Origin: Bacteroidales bacterium UBA1195
GTDB taxonomy: Bacteria; Bacteroidota; Bacteroidia; Bacteroidales; WCHB1-69
Length of the DNA: 57,872 bases
Direction of reading: 5' to 3'
Assembly: GCA_002309855.1 (NCBI GenBank)
Contig: DBYD01000054.1
Coordinates: 4,272-62,143, forward strand
Part shown: one piece after another, positions 53,921-57,872 of the stretch
Numbering within the stretch: position 1 is the stretch's first letter
Layout: each line of letters begins with the position of its first letter
Notes under the pieces: generated by a model
The model's input: the letters and a program-made list of their open reading frames with translations, nothing else
What the model was told of the DNA's origin: nothing
Database searches by the model: none
Position numbers and translations under genes: made by a program

Positions 53921-54577
53921 ATGATTTCTTCATTTTCTGAACTTAAAAACAAAGCCCTCGGCGATTTGAAGGGCAACTGGACACAACCCGTACTGGCCAC
54001 GTTGGTTTACGTGCTGATTGCTGCCATCTTTAGCGACACCCCCTACGTAAAACACACTTACACAAACGGAATTCAGACGACGCAGACAAACTTCACAGTT
54101 TGGAGCGGCATCTGCCTTCTGGTCTCACTGTTTTTCATCCTGCCCATGGCCTATAGCTACATGCTGATTTTTCTGGATTTCATCAGAGGCGAAAAGGAAA
54201 AACTTGTTGGAAAACTGTTCAGCTTTTTCAAGAATTATGGAAGAGCCTTCGGAACATCCTTTATGGTAATACTGTATACAATCCTGTGGTCATTATTGCT
54301 GGTCATACCCGGCATCATAAAGGCTCTCGCATACAGCATGACCTACTTCATCTCCAAAGACCATCCGGAATACAACATTGACGAATGCATAGAGGCCAGC
54401 AAACAGATGATGGACGGACACAAAGGGGAGCTGTTCATACTGGAACTCAGCTTTATCGGATGGATTCTGCTGAGCATTCTCACCTTGGGTATCGGCCTTT
54501 TGTGGGTTAATCCTTACATGGAAACCACTATCGCCCATTACTATGAGGAGCTGAAGGCGGAACAGCCTGCGGAATAA
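53921..54577 (+). CDS. DUF975 family membrane protein
   Basis: LKGNW, LWSLLLVIPGIIKALAYSMT..S..MM.GHK..LF.L.LSFIGW..PY..A.YY. Confidence 0.9.
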   Translation: MISSFSELKNKALGDLKGNWTQPVLATLVYVLIAAIFSDTPYVKHTYTNGIQTTQTNFTVWSGICLLVSLFFILPMAYSYMLIFLDFIRGEKEKLVGKLFSFFKNYGRAFGTSFMVILYTILWSLLLVIPGIIKALAYSMTYFISKDHPEYNIDECIEASKQMMDGHKGELFILELSFIGWILLSILTLGIGLLWVNPYMETTIAHYYEELKAEQPAE

Positions 54578-54607
54578 GCTCGAAATAATGTTAAGTTGTT
54601 AAAACGC

Positions 54608-54652
54608 GAAGATGTTAAGGTGTTTCACATCTTAACATCTTCATTTTTTTTC
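54608..54652. terminator. Long hairpin/terminator between convergent genes
   Basis: GAAGATGTTAAGGTGT-TTC-ACATCTTAACATCTTC, a 16-bp stem with one G-T, followed by a T-run. Confidence 0.7.
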
Positions 54653-55176
54653 CCGAAGACATAAAAAAGCGACAGACCCAACGAATTGCCGCTCAAATCC
54701 AAGCCAAGCATATCCTCGCTGTATCCCAACATGCCGAAATGCATCGTGGCCATACAATGCTCCGACATTTTGTAAGCCACTCCCGGCTTTATGCCGATAT
54801 GGGGACTATCCCAACTGGACACATACCCCTCCCCGTCCAAAAACAGGGAGACGGCACTGCCTTTAATCAAAGTATAACGTGCATACAGACGCAGACCAAA
54901 GTCCCAATTTTTCGCATATGATATTATATAATCCTGATTAAACCCCCAATGTATGTAGTTCAGCTCCGGCGCAAAACCGATGCCCCAGCGGTTGAATGTA
55001 TACCCCGCCTCAGGTATCAAGCGAATTTGGGTATAATTACCAGACTTTGCACCCGGATTACCCCTCATGCTACGCAGGCTCCCGCCCAGATACCATTGGG
55101 AAAAAACATCCGCACTGAAAAACATGCAGGCGCAAACCATGCCGATCATAACGGCCTTTTTAACAATTTGTTTCAT
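54625..55176 (-). CDS. Outer-membrane beta-barrel protein
   Basis: Signal peptide MKQIVKK..VFSQWYLGG, IPEAGY, YARY, IKPGVAY; start moved to ATG 55176. Confidence 0.72.
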   Translation of the reverse strand: MKQIVKKAVMIGMVCACMFFSADVFSQWYLGGSLRSMRGNPGAKSGNYTQIRLIPEAGYTFNRWGIGFAPELNYIHWGFNQDYIISYAKNWDFGLRLYARYTLIKGSAVSLFLDGEGYVSSWDSPHIGIKPGVAYKMSEHCMATMHFGMLGYSEDMLGLDLSGNSLGLSLFYVFGKKNEDVKM

Positions 55177-55272
55177 ATTGAAAATCTGTTTTAATAATCC
55201 GTTGCAAAAGTAGCATTTTTCGGGATACGAACCCCCTCCATCAGCCATATTTTTCAAAAGCCAAAACTCCTA

Positions 55273-55306
55273 AATCGCACAACTTTCACATGAAGAAAAA
55301 AATTTG
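55273..55306 (+). repeat. 34-bp exact direct repeat (second copy 56326-56359)
   Basis: AATCGCACAACTTTCACATGAAGAAAAAAATTTG at both positions, with degenerate similarity extending about 25 bp upstream. Confidence 0.9.
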
Positions 55307-55431
55307 TATCCCTTGCGCTTTAGTTCCAAGATACGCTTCCTGAAATGAAACAATGAAAAAATGCGAAAAAAAAACGTATTAATGCAATATTACACCTGCG
55401 CTCACGTTAAACAACATAAAATATATGTGTA

Positions 55432-55686
55432 ATGGCAACTATAACATTGGATTATGATTCGAGAAGCAGCATAGCAAAAGATTTGATTGCAATGCTCTTG
55501 AAACACGGTGCTAAGGAAGTGAAAAAAAACATTCATAAGGATGAAAAAAAATGGGCGAAAAAACTTCTTGAAACATCAAGTGACAAAATGGGTGAATCAC
55601 TTAAAGAGGCTATAACCGACATAGCAGAGGGAAATGTTGTTTCATTTGACAACAAAGAGGAAATGTTTGAATATCTCAATAGTTAG
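55432..55686 (+). CDS. Putative type II antitoxin (DinJ/RelB-like partner of YafQ)
   Basis: 84 aa with acidic C-terminus LKEAITDIAEGNVVSFDNKEEMFEYL; directly followed by a YafQ remnant. Confidence 0.6.
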   Translation: MATITLDYDSRSSIAKDLIAMLLKHGAKEVKKNIHKDEKKWAKKLLETSSDKMGESLKEAITDIAEGNVVSFDNKEEMFEYLNS

Positions 55687-55687
55687 C

Positions 55688-55801
55688 AATGTACAAGAAT
55701 GTCATATCCAAAATGACTGGCTACTTTTATGGAAACGTTGGGATATAACCCTTACAATCATGCTTATAGACACAGGAACGCATTCTGATATTTTCGAGTA
55801 A
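55688..55801 (+). pseudogene. yafQ: Truncated YafQ-family toxin (C-terminal third only)
   Basis: Frame from 55688 reads NVQECHIQNDWLLLW..IMLIDTGTHSDIFE*, matching YafQ ECHI.PDWLL / TG.HSD.F; no in-frame start. Confidence 0.8.
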
Positions 55802-55833
55802 AAAACTGACAAAGAATTTTGGGACAGCCCAAA

Positions 55834-56103
55834 TCAGACCGTGACATGAATCAGCGGGACTCCCAAAGCGGATGAGATTTTTGCAAGGGTGGCCAGGGTG
55901 AAATTGTGTGTGCCGCCAACCCAACGGCACACCTCGGCTTCGGAACGGCCTATCTGCTTGGCGAACTCCTTCTGCGTTATTCCGCGTTCTTTCAGCACAC
56001 TGTCAATCTTGTCGGCAATCTGGAACGACCAGTCGATACGCTGTTTCACATCCTGCGGCGTAGCCGCCAAACACTCGTTGAATAGTTCAGAGGTTTTGCT
56101 CAT
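55834..56103 (-). CDS. XRE-family HTH protein (HigA-like)
   Basis: GITQKEFAKQIGRSEAEVCRWVGGTHNFTLATLAKI. Confidence 0.88.
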   Translation of the reverse strand: MSKTSELFNECLAATPQDVKQRIDWSFQIADKIDSVLKERGITQKEFAKQIGRSEAEVCRWVGGTHNFTLATLAKISSALGVPLIHVTV

Positions 56104-56391
56104 ATTTCAAAAGTTGTTTTGTCAATTCCTGAAAATGCAAATGTACTGCTTTTTTAAATACAATTACCTTTAAAAGTAATATATATTTATGAATTGAAAA
56201 AACAATATCTTAGCAAACAGGAAAACTGTCAAGGATTCAGTTTACGAGAAAATCACGGCAACTGAATCGGATGGGAAAAATATATGAAAGTTTCCATCCC
56301 ATTTTTTCAGAAACTAAACCTCATGAATCGCACAACTTTCACATGAAGAAAAAAATTTGAACTGTTTGGGATTTTGTGTTAAAAATTGTTG

Positions 56392-56470
56392 TACCTTTGC
56401 AAACTGAAAACAAGGGGCTAATTATATTTGGGATTGCACTTCCCAGTATAAATAACCCCTTGATTATTTT
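56392..56470 (+). ncRNA. Putative small hairpin RNA with its own promoter, converging on the LPD3-like ORF
   Basis: TACCTTTG at 56392-56399, then hairpin CAAGGGG..TGGGA-TTGCACT-TCCCA..CCCCTTG (56411-56462) and a T-run; no ORF follows on +. Confidence 0.45.
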
Positions 56471-57016
56471 TTATAAAGGATGAATGCCTTTTTTGATGGC
56501 TTCAAGATCAGTGACACTATGAATAAAACACTCTCTATTGTAAGATTCCCTTACGATAATCCATGCAACATATCCACCAATGCATGTTTCAAAAATATGG
56601 GCAACATACTTTTCGTTATGTATGTCTTTCTTCCAACCAAGATACAATGCATTCGCTATCAGGTCGCCGATTATCAATAGTGCTTCATTTTTCGCCATAT
56701 ATTGCGCAAAAGGCTGGTCTATCCATTCTTTTATTCCCTTGTTCTTTATAACTATAGGCTTTTTAAACTTTGGATTGCCGAACATCACTCCAGTAAGCGT
56801 ACTTTTTGCCACTTTCCGGATTTCTTTTCTACGTAGCCTCATTTCATCCGTAAGCCGGTGACTACACCTTACACAGCCATTTTTGACATTGCAGTTGTTT
56901 TTCGATGTCGCGTCATTTTCACATAGCAACTCCTTCTCGCCCGCGCTATGTCGCTCATGTTGCTCTCCACAAAAGATGCAGATGACAATGAAATAAGAGG
57001 ATATGATATCGTTCAC
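56471..57016 (-). CDS. LPD3-like domain protein resembling the C-terminal module of phage MuF proteins
   Basis: RKEIR..GIKEWIDQP..Y..KN..L..A.YLG..HIFE..IGG..WIIVRE..IHSVTD preceded by a Cys-rich segment; family recognised from memory; start uncertain. Confidence 0.55.
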   Translation of the reverse strand: MNDIISSYFIVICIFCGEQHERHSAGEKELLCENDATSKNNCNVKNGCVRCSHRLTDEMRLRRKEIRKVAKSTLTGVMFGNPKFKKPIVIKNKGIKEWIDQPFAQYMAKNEALLIIGDLIANALYLGWKKDIHNEKYVAHIFETCIGGYVAWIIVRESYNRECFIHSVTDLEAIKKGIHPL

Positions 57017-57090
57017 GTTAGGTTAGTGTATTATATTCAGGATTTTATGTTAAAAAATATTTTCAGTCATTTCTTTCAGCAATTGAAATA

Positions 57091-57129
57091 TAATCCGTTG
57101 CAAAAGTAGCAATTTTTCGGATACGAACC
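57091..57129 (-). repeat. Promoter-bearing repeat (other copy at about 55196-55233)
   Basis: TAATCCGTTGCAAAAGTAGCA-TTTTTC-GGATACGAACC shared by both copies; contains minus-strand TACTTTTG. Confidence 0.75.
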
Positions 57130-57170
57130 ACTTTTCTCCCCAATATTTTTCGGGAATTGCATTTCTACAG

Positions 57171-57587
57171 GGGGTACAAGTTGTACCCCTAATGGCTTTT
57201 TCTCCGCAGTTAATCCAGATATACAATGTTATCGTACATCTTCAGTATGTGCAGATTTTGCACACACTGTATAACTTTATAATGCGAACTATTTCCCCAA
57301 TGGAAACAGTTCGAAAAAATCACAAGCCAATAAGCCTCATCCCCTCTCTTGCATCGCCGAAAGTATCTGGGGACAATTGTCCCCAGATAGCGCACAATTA
57401 TCTTTGGAAAAAATCACCAGTTATTAAGTAAAACTTAACAACTGAAAACTATTTCGTATTTAAAACCATGTAATACAAGAATTTTAAGGGTAGGTACAAT
57501 TTGTACCCACCCTTGTTTTTCAGTGTAGTTTTCTGTGTAGTTTTCAGTGTAGTTTTCAGTGTAGTAAACGGTCACAAATATGTGATT
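57171..57587. repeat. Array of 6-7 distinct palindromes
   Basis: Palindromes at 57171-57189, 57243-57269, 57285-57313, 57364-57389 (perfect 26 bp), 57418-57444, 57486-57514, and a weaker one at 57570-57587. Confidence 0.9.
57517..57564. repeat. 12-bp tandem repeat x4
   Basis: (TTTTCAGTGTAG)x4 with one variant TTTTCTGTGTAG; minus strand encodes TTLK/TTQK. Confidence 0.95.
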
Positions 57588-57619
57588 TTAAAATAATTAC
57601 AATACAAGGCCAAACATCA

Positions 57620-57679
57620 TTTTTGTCGTAGTTTTTGTATTAGTTTTTGTCGTAGTTTTTGTAGTAGTTTTCTGGGTAG
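57620..57679. repeat. 12-bp tandem repeat x5
   Basis: TTTTTGTCGTAG-type units; minus strand encodes TTQK-TTTK-TTTK-TNTK-TTTK. Confidence 0.93.
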
Positions 57680-57770
57680 TTAAGCTAATTCAAGGACACT
57701 CCCAAGTGCCTGACACAGATTCAATGACACTCCTACGCCGAATGAGGAACACAAAAATTGAACAAACTAT

Positions 57771-57872
57771 GTTGTGAATTGCTACTTTTTTTGTACCTTT
57801 GCACGTTCTTTTACAACGAACATCCAGCCATTCCTCCTTTGCATTAGGTTGTGAATTGCTACTTTTTTTGTA
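57771..57872 (+). CRISPR. Start of a type II-C-like CRISPR array, truncated by the window end
   Basis: 47-bp repeat GTTGTGAATTGCTACTTTTTTTGTACCTTTGCACGTTCTTTTACAAC (57771-57817), 30-nt spacer (57818-57847), then the first 25 nt of an identical second repeat; GTTGTG..ACAAC ends and 47/30 sizes match Bacteroidetes II-C arrays. Confidence 0.82.

Noticed and set aside
56388-56401. TTGTACCTTTGCA shared with the CRISPR repeat, as a possible anti-repeat/tracrRNA
   Set aside because: It is in the same orientation as the repeat and limited to the generic Bacteroidetes promoter consensus
57192-57431. Short ORFs over the palindrome array (79 aa on +, 61 aa on -)
   Set aside because: No coherent domain; the family-like peptides fall in different frames and strands, some with stops
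57171-57587. Palindrome array as a degenerate CRISPR array
   Set aside because: The units differ from each other and from the 47-bp repeat, and the spacing is irregular (43-78 bp)

Overview
A 57.9-kb piece of a Bacteroidales-type chromosome. The assignment rests on TAnnTTTG sigma-A promoters, T9SS-secreted proteins and a TonB-dependent receptor. Coding DNA is moderately GC-rich and intergenic DNA is AT-rich. Most of the window is housekeeping: ABC-F, yidC, arcA-pyrB-pyrI-lpxD, manA, nspC, polA, pgm, a second lpxD, mreCD, nnrD, rbfA, hpt, two tandem acyl-CoA ligases, gcvP, gpmA, trmD, mutA, rnfB, pepP and comF. Accessory genes include a KilA-N protein, an MmeI-like restriction-modification enzyme, an AAA/DUF4143 ATPase and a C10 protease. 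Three non-coding features stand out. (1) At 57171-57679 there is a dense array of different 19-29 bp palindromes plus 12-bp tandem repeats. Several carry an A/C mismatch at nearly the same position, and their translations resemble palindromic segments inside Bacteroidetes RhuM/Bro-N/ORF6N/KilA-N genes. (2) A type II-C-like CRISPR array (47-bp repeat, 30-nt spacer) begins 91 bp later and is cut by the window end. (3) A TPP-riboswitch-like fold with altered core nucleotides lies upstream of gcvP. The last 2.6 kb also hold an antitoxin with a deleted YafQ toxin, an orphan HTH gene, and an LPD3-like ORF facing a promoter-driven hairpin. Family assignments come from motif recognition only; no database search was run.
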